A DNA stretch of 42,571 bases from Octopus bimaculoides (GCF_001194135.2 NC_068984.1:23729928-23772498), one strand, 5' to 3'; shown: positions 23,783 to 35,670, counted from the stretch's first letter. A program made the numbers and translations. The notes: a model not told the origin generated them from the letters alone.

Positions 23783-25990
23783 ATCTGGCGCACTCGCACA
23801 CAAATACACGCGTCACATATGCAAATGCACAAGCACACCTATAGATATACATATATCATACACACACATATATATGCACGCAGACAAAGAAGCTCGTATA
23901 TTTAACGTAAGTCTAGTTGTATTTTTAATTGCATATATCTGAAAACGTTTTGTAATTTCAAACACACGTATAGATATGAACGCACATACGCACAAGACCC
24001 TTCGTCCTCTCTTACACACATCATCTTTTCTTTCATCTCTGTAAATCAGCCTACTTAGAAAATGGACTGGGTCCTTTCTTTGAGAATACGTATTACCACG
24101 AATGTTTTTCTCGTTATTTCGTAATGTAACTCTTGTAATTTGAAAAACATAATACTACATGTTTAGCGTCGAGATCAGATCTGTTTAACATTCGGGTGTG
24201 GTTTACAGTTTCTTTATATATAAGGTCAGATTTTTTTTTAAATCCCACCTCCCACACATCTCCAGTGAATTGTGTTTCAGTTGTCTGTTTAAGGTGAATC
24301 ATAGTGAATATTTTGACACGTCTTTTCAAGTTTATAGTTTGGCAGTAATTTGTTGCTCGCTAGATAAACAATCAGATGGACAGACAGAGACACAGAGAAT
24401 CTGTCATACTGTGTTCATAGCCAGGTCCTACTGATAGAAAAAACAGTGGAATAAGATAAATAGATGGTGTTCGCGCCATGTATTCACTTACTATTCACGC
24501 GCATGCATGCAGCTACGTAAGTTCACTCACTGGAAAATACGTTTATATCTACAGAAACTCATTCATATAAATATGCTTACGCCCACATAATAACCACAGA
24601 ATTTTTAATGAATCGATGAGGATGAGTAGTGGGGACAGGCGATGACTGCTAGTGTTAAATAAAGCCTCTATCTTGAAACTGTAGAGACATTCTTCTTTGA
24701 GGTGTGACTGTCTAGTCTCAGGTCAGTTCTGATGGAGCAGACCTTCGATCAAAAGCATTCTATGACCAGCCTTCTTTTTAAAGCAGTAGAGTGTAATTTG
24801 CCTTGGCTTACATTGGGAACTTCAACTCCTGATGGAGTCGTAGGTATGTAGTCTCGACAGACTATGTGCCTTGGGCATCTTTAAAGCTGGTGGAACCCAC
24901 CTCTCACTAGTTTTGACCAAAATTGATACCATAGAGAAAGAAAGAGAGAGAGAGTGAGAAAGAGAAAGGGGGTAGAAAGAGACTTTGAAAGAGAGAGAAG
25001 AGTTATCTCCAGCACAAGACTAGGATTTATTTATCAAACTCGATAAAAAAATAAAATGGGATCTAGTCTTTCTCATTCGCAAAAGGTTAAGTCAGCCCCA
25101 GCTGAATTCGAAACTCGGAACGAAATAGCATGCAATAAATTATCACGTGGCATTGTGATATTTGTGCTATCACTACCAGATTCTTGGATGTCTTTGTTAG
25201 AAACCACTTTGTTGAAATCATTCGGATCAAGTTTCCAGCTTCAAGATAATTCGTGATAATGAAAATAATCCAAGTCCCCGATTTGAAGATATTTCCACCC
25301 CACGCTCTTCAGTTTCAAAGGCCTTATAAAGAAATCATGAATACTACCTTCCTTCACCACGATAAAAAAAATTTGTTTAATCAGTACAGTGCTCTGTCGT
25401 TTCTCTCATCCACTGTTCTTATGTTAACTTTTGCTATCTCTGCATCAAATGTATAAAATTGAAAGAGAAAAAGAAAAAGAAAAAAAAACAAAAAAAACTA
25501 ACGCCAAACTTAAATCTAACATCTAAACCGCATCCTAACTTCAACACGTTTACACCATCTAAATCCCACCTGTCATCTCTAATTATTCCCAGGGTTTTTA
25601 CTTCAAGGAAGACAAGTGTAAACTGGAAATAAACTCGTTTACGTTTTGTAAGAGTTTGTAGCCTGCTATCTCCTCAGCTACTTTGCTGATAGACATCACA
25701 AAAAGCAAAAGAAAAAAAAAACGTGTTTAAAAGCTGGAGGAATTTCGTTTTAAGACAATAAACTGATCTTTTTTCTATTAGTGAGAGGAGATAAACAAGA
25801 TTGCCCTTCCTCTTATATAATGACTGAATTTATGAAAAAGAAAAACTTCGAAACCGTTAGACATATGGCCCAGCATTCTATTAATTGCGTCATTTCCACC
25901 CCCGTTGATATTTGTAAAAATACTTTGTTGTTGACTGATAAGAGAGAATACCCAATTTATTCCGCTTCCTATAAACTGCATTTTTTTTAC

Positions 25991-26182
25991 CTAGCATACT
26001 GTCAAAGTTTGTCAGAGAGTACAACTGGAAGAGGATTCTCAGCCCACGAACATATAAGATAGGGACCCGGCTCCACAAGACGGTGTATAATTCTATATCT
26101 TCTTTACTCTCAGTGCATAATTGGTGTATCATAAGCACTGAATTTTGAAAGGCCCACCCGCTGCCATTGACTTTCAGACGGC
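25991..26182 (-). CDS. Candidate 192-nt phase 1-1 exon (RLKVNGSGWAFQNSVLMIHQLC...LYSLTNFDSML)
   Basis: Acceptor ttcttctatgtttgtctgtag|G, donor AG|gtaaaa, 63 open codons, GC above background. No homology recognised, and a plus-strand acceptor at 25994 is an alternative. Confidence 0.3.
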
Positions 26183-26404
26183 CTACAGACAAACATAGAA
26201 GAATGGTACCGACTTATGATTTTTTTTGTATCCTCTCCCCTTTTTCTGAAAGCAAACAAAAGCGCCCCAGCCCACACATACAAAATTCGCAAAATGACAT
26301 ACCTTGCGTCTTGGGATGATCATTACACCAATAATAATACTAATACTACTATTACTACTAATAATAATGATGGTTTCAGATGTTGCCAAAAGGGCCTCAG
26401 TGTG

Positions 26405-26515
26405 GCCCCGAAAAGATGAAAGGCAAAGTCGACCTCGGCATAATTTGAACTCAGAAGATAGCGGCAAACGAAATACTGCTAAGCATTTCGTCCAGCGCGC
26501 TAACGATTCTGCCAA
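26405..26515 (-). mobile_element. SINE family B head and core
   Basis: ccccgaaaagatgaaaggcaaagtcgacctcggc...gctaacgattctgcc. Confidence 0.85.
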
Positions 26516-26520
26516 TAATA

Positions 26521-27071
26521 AATACCTTGATGCAGTACCAGGCAGTGGCTCTCATGGTTTCTGATCTTAACTGACTGGAAGTGTTATCATGTACACTGTT
26601 ATGTCTTGATATGAAAGATGGGCTACAGCAAATATTCTGCTCAATACCGCATATGTGCTTGTCAGTTGCTTGACCTTAACCAGTTGAGCATGTCCCTTGG
26701 TGGTTGACGATATGTACATCTCTGATTACAAGTAGAAGTTGTAGGGGAGCATCATACCCATATGTTGAGAGGAATTCTTTGGGGTTTGAATAATTTACCA
26801 ATGGAAACATAGGTGTTTCGTTCATCATCCTTAAACAAACCTTATTCAGGGCCCTTTTGAGCGGGCTGGGCTACTCGACCTGAAGAAAATTTAATTGGGC
26901 CCTCACCTGCAAGGTCACACGCTGTTTATTTTGATATAAGATCACCATGTTGCGCACATATGGTTGTGATACTTGTGCCCGGTGTACCCTTACAATACGA
27001 GTAGTCGTGATGGGCTTCGTATAATTGTACCACAGTGTCACTTTGATGACACGCGCTGCTATCTCACCCAA
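26521..27071 (+). mobile_element. Probable retroposon 3' UTR-type interspersed repeat ending in an (AAT)n/(GAT)n tail (27072-27132)
   Basis: Complex, relatively GC-rich non-coding block ending ctcacccaataataat. It resembles my recollection of an octopus repeat; class not determined. Confidence 0.45.
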
Positions 27072-27091
27072 TAATAATAATAATAATAATA

Positions 27092-27126
<35 letters not shown>

Positions 27127-27150
27127 AATAATTAATTCGTTTTAATAATA

Positions 27151-27348
27151 AGGCGGTTAGCACGCCGGACGAAATGCTTAGCGGTATTTCATCTGTCTTT
27201 ACGTTCTGAGTTCAAATTCCACCGAGGTCGGCTTTGCCTTTCATCCTTTTGGGGTCGATAAATTAAGTACCAGTTGCATTCTAGGGTTGATCTAATCGAC
27301 TGGCCTCCTCCCCCCAAAATTTCAGGCCTTGTGCCTAGAGTAGAAAAT
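27151..27348 (+). mobile_element. SINE family B
   Basis: Near-identical to 692-907. Confidence 0.88.
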
Positions 27349-27933
27349 AATAAAAATAATAATAATAATGATAATGATGATGATGATGATGATGATAACA
27401 ACAACAACAATAATAACACATGCACCGGTTCAATATCATTTCTTTATTGTTAGTCAATCGGGTAAATATCTAACCAACTAACAAATCTATCGTTTGTTTA
27501 ATGTGTTGGCTAAACAATCTCTTCAAGGCAGACCTTGAAGAGAGGGGGCATGTCACTGAGGAGGTCTCAAATAGCGATGAAAGGACATTGAAAAAACTGC
27601 ACACAGTGCGTGTGTTTATCATTGGCGTAATGATCTTCCCAAGATACAACAACATTAGTTTCAACACACGAAGTCACATCAAGAATGTTGCAAACCACAT
27701 ACAAAAAAAGAAGAAAAATGATATTTGTATTCAAACTAGAGTATAGTACTGGTACCTGTTTCATTGGCGACGTGGGCTGAAAGATGAAATTTGAACATTA
27801 AACGAGCAATATGAGATACTGAACGAAGTACTGTGGAGCAGCTAGCAGTTCTCTCCAGAGAATATAAATGTCAACGCACTTAGTTCCATATCAAATTTTT
27901 GGTTTCTAATAGGGCTTTATAGGAGATGGGGGG

Positions 27934-28136
27934 GGAGGCGAACTGACAGAATCGTTAACACACCGTCAAAATGCTACTAAGCATTTTATCTTTCTTTATG
28001 TTCTGAATTCAAGTTCTGCTACGGTCGACTTTGCCTTTCATTCTCTCGTAGTCGATAAAACAAGTACCAGTTCAGCACTGGGATCGATGTAATCGACCCA
28101 CCTTTCCCCCATAATTTGTGCCGATAGTAGAAAGGA
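27934..28136 (+). mobile_element. SINE family B, diverged
   Basis: Head ggcgaactgacagaatcgttaacac and core gtcgactttgcctttcattc. Confidence 0.8.
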
Positions 28137-28773
28137 ATATTTATAGGATTGGAGAAGTATGATTGTGTGGCTCTCATTCCTTTTCAGAACGTATTAGCGA
28201 CAAAAAGTTGGCATAAATAGCTATATCTGAGAATCGACACTAAAAAGCATGGTGCTAAGATTTTCGCTATTTATGCATAACAGTTTCATATTGAATGCTA
28301 GCATTAAAAGTGCACATGAATTTTCAACGAGTGACGCTTATATTTTTATGAGTTTTTGCAGTTGGGGGGTTGTTTTAATGTCAGACGCTCTAAAGGGACA
28401 CAAGGTGACGTTAGCATTACTACTGCTGATATAGAGACAGACGCAGCTAGATGGATAAATAGACAAGGGGAGGGTGAAAGAGAAAGTAGGAGAGGGTACT
28501 TAGAAAAAAGATTTTACTTGTCACTCCTTAAATCTATATACATACAATCCCCAATGGACTTCCTGTGGTTATAATTTGGTTAACCTAGCTCTGGTTTGAA
28601 TATAAGAGATTTTATTGAAATATAATACTGCCCCTCTCTCTTGAATTTCTCAAGATCCTTTTTCCTCACTTCAGCTCCCATTCTCCAGTACACACACACA
28701 CACACACACACACGCGCGCACATATATATATATTTGACCATTTTCAGAATTAATTGTCATTCAAGTAAGTTTT

Positions 28774-28789
<16 letters not shown>

Positions 28790-28822
<33 letters not shown>

Positions 28823-29056
28823 CAAATGATATATAAGCATATGCATGTATACATACATATATGTACATACCTACATCTACATGTATATATAGATGCATAT
28901 CCGGATACAGGACGTTAGAAAAATGAACGGGGACATAAAAACAAAACGGACTTTGTTTATAGACAACAGAGCGAACACATAGGAAAACAAACAAGCCACT
29001 TATGGAATTACTCCTTCATCAGCTGCCTCTATTCTAAAACTAGGCGTTTCGAAGAT
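28790..29056 (-). mobile_element. Repeat family F, 5'-truncated, flanked by TA/CA microsatellite on both sides
   Basis: Reverse complement cttcgaaacgcctagttttagaatagaggcagctgatgaagg... aligns with 11506-11728. It retains GAAAC and CUGAUGA but lacks the cleavage-site strand. Confidence 0.7.
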
Positions 29057-29149
29057 ATATATACACACACACATACTAGCTTAAAAACCTCCCGACAGGG
29101 CAGCTTTTGAGCTAGTATATAGCTTTTAAGCAACTGATCCCGAATGGGA

Positions 29150-29229
29150 AGATCTGCAAACTGATCTCTGACTTGTTTGGGAGAATTTGCTGCAATTGCT
29201 TCTTCCAGAGTCATATCCCAATGATGATC
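29150..29229 (-). mobile_element. Helitron Rep/Helicase coding fragment
   Basis: Translation DHHWDMTLEEAIAANSPKQVRDQFA fits the Helitron motif DD.HW..TL.EA....SP.Q.R.LFA. The match is short. Confidence 0.6.
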
Positions 29230-29232
29230 ATA

Positions 29233-29530
29233 TTTGTCGCAAAAAAATCATGTAAAAAAATCGCTGAAAACAATCGCAGTAATGAAAACGTAGGGAACCA
29301 AAATTTCAGGATTGTTGGTCCGGATTCGGCCTGGAATGTTTTTAATTTACTCACAGAGTTGGCCTTTACATTATAAATATTGTTATCGTACAAAAAATTT
29401 TGTCGCAAAAAATCACGTAAAAAAATTGCCGAAAACAATCGCAGTAATGAAAACTTGGGAATTCAAAATTTCAGGATTGTTGGTCCGGATTCGGCCCGGA
29501 ATGCTTTTAATTTACTCACGGAGTCAGGCT
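29233..29530. repeat. Tandem duplication, period 166 bp, about 1.8 copies
   Basis: tttgtcgcaaaaaa..gaaaacaatcgcagtaatgaaaac..caaaatttcaggattgttggtccggattcggcc starts at 29233 and at 29399. Confidence 0.9.
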
Positions 29531-29701
29531 GATTCCAAAATGGTATGATATGTTGGGCTATGGCCTCTAGGAGTAAAGTTGAAAAAGAAATTAGTTTTCG
29601 CATTTATTATATTAGAGAGTGGGAGAGAGGACTATAAATTCTGAAAACGGCCATGTAAAGAAATCTCTTTATATATTTTTCAAAATACTATTAATTATGC
29701 A

Positions 29702-30093
29702 TATAAATATACATCACGTGATCGACCAAACTATTGGGCGTTGTTAGTATAGGATAAAGTTCTTCTTCGGGCAAGGGATAAACGTAACATGAGGTTATCA
29801 ACACCAAATTGCATTCAGCGTCGTTATAAATTATTATTGTTAAATCATGGTATCAATCAGACTGTCGGATATTGTTTTACATCGCTGGTCATAATGCGCT
29901 TTGCAGCGTTTTAGCTTTGGAATGATGCCACCCCGTGGCTAGGCGAGCAGGCCAACATTTCCCCTGATCGGAAGGTTATTCCGTTACAGGTGGACTGCAA
30001 CAACGTGAAATGAAGTGTTTTGCTCAAGAACACAACACACCGTCCGGTCCAGGAATCGAACTCACGATTTGGAGATTGTGACTGCAACATCCT
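29702..30093 (-). mobile_element. tRNA-derived SINE, family D
   Basis: Aligns over about 350 bp with 34495-34850; tRNA-like head at the right end. Confidence 0.8.
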
Positions 30094-30599
30094 TGCTATC
30101 TGACATTAAATTTTACCTTCAGTAGAGCATATGCAAATTAAAATCACTTCTACTTCCTAATTCTAAATGTTTGTCCACTTCTAAATGTCCGTGTGATATG
30201 TATTACATTGCGTAACATGTTGTTAGTCATGACGTCAACGTTCTATTCTGATGAGAAAAATTAACCAATAAATAGCACCAACTGTAGAACAAAGAGCAAT
30301 TGTGACATGACATATGCATTTTTTATCCTTTCATTTTATGCGTAAATGTGAAATAAATAGATTTGTAATTATTTAAGCAGAAAAAACAAGAGAAGTAAAC
30401 TAAACTTTACATAGTTTTAGATAGTGTCATTTAATTACTGCATAATTGAGTATGATCACTGCACGTTTTGGGAATATTGCACATTTATTGTATTCACTGG
30501 AACAGTATAGCCTCCTGTGACGTTACTCATGGAGCGAAGTCCCTGTGCTACATGCAATGGCGCTACACAGGCTTTTTTCTGTAATAAACACAAGTAATA

Positions 30600-30960
30600 T
30601 TAACAGTGTGAGCTTGTCTGTTCTGAAGCTGACTAAAACTTGCAGCAGAAATTTATTGGAAGTTTAGTTTATTGGGGAATCGAAACAGCGCAAAGATTCT
30701 CAGAGACACTAATCACACGCCATGGCCGGTTGAACATCGGGGAATATGGAAATGTATGAAGGAGCTGGAGAAATCTATTCAGATTGTTGAATGTTACAGG
30801 GTTTCTTGTAAAACAAGAATTAATCTGCCATCTATCGTCGTCGACTGCAATCCATCTGAAGTGGTGGTTCTCATCAGGGGTCCATATGGCCCTTAAGAGT
30901 TCATATAAGATTTTGTTGCTAAAATATATGTACAAAAAATTGCATATACTTCTACAATAA
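30600..30960 (+). mobile_element. Highly decayed Mutator-like (MULE) transposase fragment
   Basis: Across frameshifts, TSGNME..GAGEI and SIVVDCNPSEVVVLIRGPYGP resemble the pattern GSSG.ME...EIF / Y..IGDGDS...V....PYG. Confidence 0.4.
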
Positions 30961-31179
30961 ACAAAATATCTCATTTTTTAAAAATAGAATTACTGGTAAT
31001 ATTTAATTATAGAAATGCAGAAGGGTTTTTTGTATACATTGAACAGTTATGGAGGTCCAGAAGAGTAAAATAGGGATTAAAGGGTTCCATAGGCAAAAAA
31101 ATGGCTGAGAATCACTGATCCAACGGATTTTGAAATTAAGGGAATTTCCTCGAGCTGCAGAAATTGTTGGAATGCTATA

Positions 31180-31391
31180 CAGTAGCACCTCGACTATTGC
31201 TGGTGTTACGTTCCAAAACTCCCTGCGATAGGTGAAAATCCGCGAAGTAGAAACAGTATATTTAAAAATTCTTTTTTCATTATTTGTATATATTTATTTT
31301 ATTATAAATGCAAAACAACACTACGGAGGAATCGCCGTCAGCTTAAATAATAAACCGCGATAGGCGAACCGTGATATGTGAGGGATTACTG
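31180..31391. mobile_element. Tigger/pogo-like MITE (Tc1-mariner superfamily)
   Basis: TA TSD at 31178-79 and 31392-93; imperfect TIRs cagtagcacctcgacta.. / ..gtgagggattactg. Confidence 0.72.
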
Positions 31392-31892
31392 TACTATCAT
31401 TTTCTTCAATGTATTTGAGTTTCTGCAACCATAATGAAGCATACTTAAATTACCAAGTACAAGAAAACTTCATATACAAGCCCTTAGTGATTTCTCCCTT
31501 TTAGAATATCGAAAAAGAGAAAAAGTATTTATATGATAATAAAATCTAATGATGGACCACAAATGATCAATTATCAAACAGAAATGCGAAATTGAAAAAG
31601 TGAGACAAAATCTGTCTCACGATTGTTTGCTATGAATTTAAAAACTAACTCCAACCATTCCTACCACTTCAATATATAATATGAAAATAACACTGAAGGG
31701 TTCCAGAAACGCCAGTGTCAACATAGACAGGGAGAGGCAATTATTATTATTCCAAGCAATGGGAGCTCGTATGAAAATATCTGAAACAATGAACCATTAA
31801 CACAAGCATACATAACCGTAGGTATACATACATACATACATACATACATACATACATACAAACATACATACATACAGACAGACAGACATACA

Positions 31893-32530
31893 AGGATATC
31901 TCACTGGTTCACAAAGAAACAGAAATAACAAAATGATACACTGTTTCTTGGAGGATGACTTGAAACTTTATGTAAAGTATATGCATAAGATGAAAAAGAG
32001 CCTTGACCTAGTTACAACATTCTCAAAGGATGTAGGATTGGAGTTTGGTCAGGATAAATGTTATATGGTTGTGAAAAGGGGGAAAAAACTATAAACTAGA
32101 CTAGCAACATCTCCACCAATGATTTGACTGTTTCCTCTATATCTGACGAGGAATGTTACATGTATCTAGGGGTGCAGGAAAACATCTTACAATGGCACCC
32201 GTGATAAAACACGTGTCACTAAAGAATATTACCGTCGAATAAAGAAAATTTGGACCTCAGAACTCTCTGCATTCAATAAAACAGTGGCCCACAATGTGTT
32301 TGCAGTGCCAGTACTCATATCAACATTTGGTCTGCTTGATTGGACGCTTGATGAGATCCGAGCCATTGATGTGAAAACCCGAAAAATACTAACAAGCATA
32401 CATAATTTCCATATAAACGATGAGGTAGACCGCCTTTACCTAAAACGAAAACAAGGCAGCAGAGGCTTAACACCGATCCAGAATGCCTTTGAATGTCGTA
32501 TCACATCCTTTCGGCAACATCTTTTAACCA
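31893..32530 (+). mobile_element. R4/Dong-type LINE fragment: RT C-terminal half, starting directly after (CATA)n/(CAGA)n
   Basis: Translation HCFLEDDLKLY..LVTTFSKDVGLEFGQDKC..KRGK..YLGV..EYYRRIKKIWTSELSAFNK.VAHNVFAVPV..FGLLDW..DVKTRK..VDRLYLKRKQGSRGL, with frameshifts. Confidence 0.85.
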
Positions 32531-32819
32531 TCAAGCAATCTTTTTCATTAAATAAAACTAATTGTCACAAACTCACTCCCCAATACACAACTTCTGGCCC
32601 ACTGACGCGATATCTTTTCTCTCTGTCTATTCTATCATTACTACAATGACCACAGTTTCTCTAAAGCTGTTAGTTGATTATCGCCATACCAACCAATTTT
32701 ACTCTCGTCATCCCTATTGTGTCTCATCCCAGGCTCCATTATAACAACTATGCCCATTCTTTCCTTGTCAGAACGTCAACTGCTGAAATTCTCTTTTCGA
32801 CTTCGTCTTTTATCCTTAC

Positions 32820-32929
32820 GAAACACTCATTTTCAGATGTTTAAACTGAACATCAACCGCATCAATCTCAACAGTCTGGGTCGACCTGCAAAGGTCATGA
32901 GCAGCAGTACAAGTCTTCCTATGACTTGC
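32820..32929 (-). CDS. Candidate exon (phase 0 reading ASHRKTCTAAHDLCRSTQTVEIDAVDVQFKHLKMSV; phase 1 reading ends GKS*)
   Basis: Very strong polypyrimidine acceptor ttttttttctctctag| and donor TC|gtaagg. It lies 149 nt downstream of the 33079 donor. Confidence 0.3.
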
Positions 32930-33078
32930 CTAGAGAGAAAAAAAAAGAGGACAAAAAAAAAGAAAGAAAATAAAAACAGGATATTTACAAAAGGGAGAAT
33001 ATATTAACAAGATTTCTTTTTTCAATTAAACGACCGGATACATCTTTCTTATACAAAGATTTCCTGCATTTCCCTTAC

Positions 33079-33117
33079 CTTCATCATTAGAAAATTGATC
33101 AAAGGAATTATTCAACC
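33079..33117 (-). CDS. Candidate 39-nt exon (LNNSFDQFSNDE, phase 1-1)
   Basis: Acceptor tgtcatgtag|G and consensus donor AAG|gtaagg. Only one frame is fully open. Confidence 0.35.
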
Positions 33118-34494
33118 CTACATGACATAATTTTGTTTAAAGTCTAACTTTAATTAAAGCAAAATTGTTGATTGCTGCTTCTGTTGGTTTGTCCATGTCT
33201 NNNNNNNNNNNNNNNNNNNNNNNNNNNNNNNNNNNNNNNNNNNNNNNNNNNNNNNNNNNNNNNNNNNNNNNNNNNNNNNNNNNNNNNNNNNNNNNNNNNN
33301 NNNNNNNNNNNNNNNNNNNNNNNNNNNNNNNNNNNNNNNNNNNNNNNNNNNNNNNNNNNNNNNNNNNNNNNNNNNNNNNNNNNNNNNNNNNNNNNNNNNN
33401 NNNNNNNNNNNNNNNNNNNNNNNNNNNNNNNNNNNNNNNNNNNNNNNNNNNNNNNNNNNNNNNNNNNNNNNNNNNNNNNNNNNNNNNNNNNNNNNNNNNN
33501 NNNNNNNNNNNNNNNNNNNNNNNNNNNNNNNNNNNNNNNNNNNNNNNNNNNNNNNNNNNNNNNNNNNNNNNNNNNNNNNNNNNNNNNNNNNNNNNNNNNN
33601 NNNNNNNNNNNNNNNNNNNNNNNNNNNNNNNNNNNNNNNNNNNNNNNNNNNNNNNNNNNNNNNNNNNNNNNNNNNNNNNNNNNNNNNNNNNNNNNNNNNN
33701 NNNNNNNNNNNNNNNNNNNNNNNNNNNNNNNNNNNNNNNNNNNNNNNNNNNNNNNNNNNNNNNNNNNNNNNNNNNNNNNNNNNNNNNNNNNNNNNNNNNN
33801 NNNNNNNNNNNNNNNNNNNNNNNNNNNNNNNNNNNNNNNNNNNNNNNNNNNNNNNNNNNNNNNNNNNNNNNNNNNNNNNNNNNNNNNNNNNNNNNNNNNN
33901 NNNNNNNNNNNNACTCTATCATGACTATTACCAGAAACGCAAAGAATATTCTATGCATCGTACGTACTACGAACTTTCCTGCCAACCAAATTGCAGCAGA
34001 ACCTTTGATCCCTTGTCAAGATACTCTGCAACAATTTTGCTGAATCCACACACCCACTCCTCAACCCATATAACTCAGCAGCCAACCAACAGAAAAAGCT
34101 CCCAACTTTGCAGCTTACTTGGTATCCAACTCCACACCACTCCCAACTCTCTTTCTCCACATCTCCTTTCTCATCACTCATTATTCCTCCTGAACATTAA
34201 CCACCTGCTTGCTGTCATCTCTAACATCGCTCGTTCCTGTGCAAATGATAGCATTTCTTCCTACATTCTGTGTCAAAGTTAAAAATCAATAATTTATTCT
34301 AACCTCTGGATTTAGAATTTTACCTTATATCCTAATTCATTGCAAGATTAAACATGTTTATACATAGACAGAAAAACGTTCAAGTCATTGTTCTGACTAA
34401 CACTTTCTATATTATCCGGTTGTTTGATCGTAGACTGAAATCTATAAGAAGCTTACGCCTGAACATAAGAGCAGTGGACCTCGGTTGCATTTCT

Positions 34495-34850
34495 GTCATA
34501 GGATAAAGTTTTTCTTCGGGACATATAAACAAGGGGTATAAACGTAATAATGAGTTATCAGCAACAAATAGCATTCGGTGTTGTTATAAATTATTATTGT
34601 TATATCACGGTATAACATCGCTGGTCACATTGCGCTTCGCATTGTTTTAGCTTTCGAAAGATGCCACTCCGATGGCTAGGTGAGCTGGCCGACGTTCTCC
34701 CCGATCGGAAGGCTATTCCGTCACAGAGTTACCCGTTTACAGCTGAGCGAACTGGAACGACATGAAATGAAGTACTTTGCTTAAGAACATAACGCACAGC
34801 CCGGTCCGGGAATCGAACCTACAATCTAGCGATCGTGAGTGCAATACCTT
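34495..34850 (-). mobile_element. SINE family D
   Basis: Aligns with 29750-30093. Confidence 0.8.
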
Positions 34851-34974
34851 ATTGTTGTAGTGAAAATGGTGCACCCTTTTCCATGTGACAAAGTGGTATG
34901 ATCCAGCTACTATAAAGTCAGACAGTCAGTCGTAGGAAGTCAGCAGTAGTAGAGTTGTTGTACGAGTTCTCAGT

Positions 34975-35217
34975 CGAAGACGACATATGAGCGTTCAGCT
35001 TTTTGCAAACAACCTGCACAAATGATTTGTTTATAGTGATCAAATGTTCGTGCCGTACATTAGCTCACTCCCTCCATCAAATTGACGTTGTCTGAACAGG
35101 TGCACAGTGTACCACGCGTTAGGTGTCGCAGAGATCGCAGAGCAACATAAAAGGAAGTGCTTTGTCCAAGAACACAACGCACCACTCGGTCTAGGAATTG
35201 AAATCACGATCTAGTGA
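34975..35217 (-). mobile_element. tRNA-derived SINE, family E
   Basis: Reverse complement aligns with 36540-36785. Confidence 0.75.
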
Positions 35218-35670
35218 TATATACATATACATACATAAAACGCACACACACATAGTTGTTATAGTGTGGATCTTCGTCCACTTGTATGTTGTCGTCGGCA
35301 CTGTAATATTCTTGTCACCATTATTATGTTGTGGCGGTATTGAAACAACATGGAACCACCTAACTCAGTTGACGATCAGCTAAAATATCATATTGAACAC
35401 ATTTGACACTTTACTTGATCCTTTCTGTTTTTCTCTCCCACCCTTTCCCTATTCTTCTCTCCCTTTCACCGTTCCCTCTCTCTCTCTCACTCTTCCTCCT
35501 TGACCCTCTCGTCACTGACACGTGTCGAAAGGGGATCTTTCTTTCTGCTCACTGCCTTCTTATAGAAAAGACGTATTTTTTTCTGTCTCTTCTCTCATGT
35601 ACGTCTATCTTAAGCGTTCATAATAATTTTTCTATCGTCTTGGCTTAACAACCCTCAGTGTTTGTTTTAT

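Noticed and set aside
26150-26185. NGSGW motif resembling a Polinton/Maverick PolB N-terminal region
   Set aside because: The downstream motifs expected there (PL.GSSYI, IIN..N.D..CF) are absent in all frames.
27550-27615. Possible canonical type I hammerhead core (ctgagga..gtc/gat..gaaa)
   Set aside because: Stem II is weak, GAAA is not followed by C, and no convincing stem I/III or NUH was found.
29233-29530. Regularly spaced repeats as a CRISPR-like array
   Set aside because: This is eukaryotic DNA with whole-unit tandem duplication and no unique spacers.
33913-34280. C-rich block possibly from a LINE RT N-terminus
   Set aside because: There is only a faint resemblance (SCANDSISSYIL vs S.GPD.I...LK), and no diagnostic motif.
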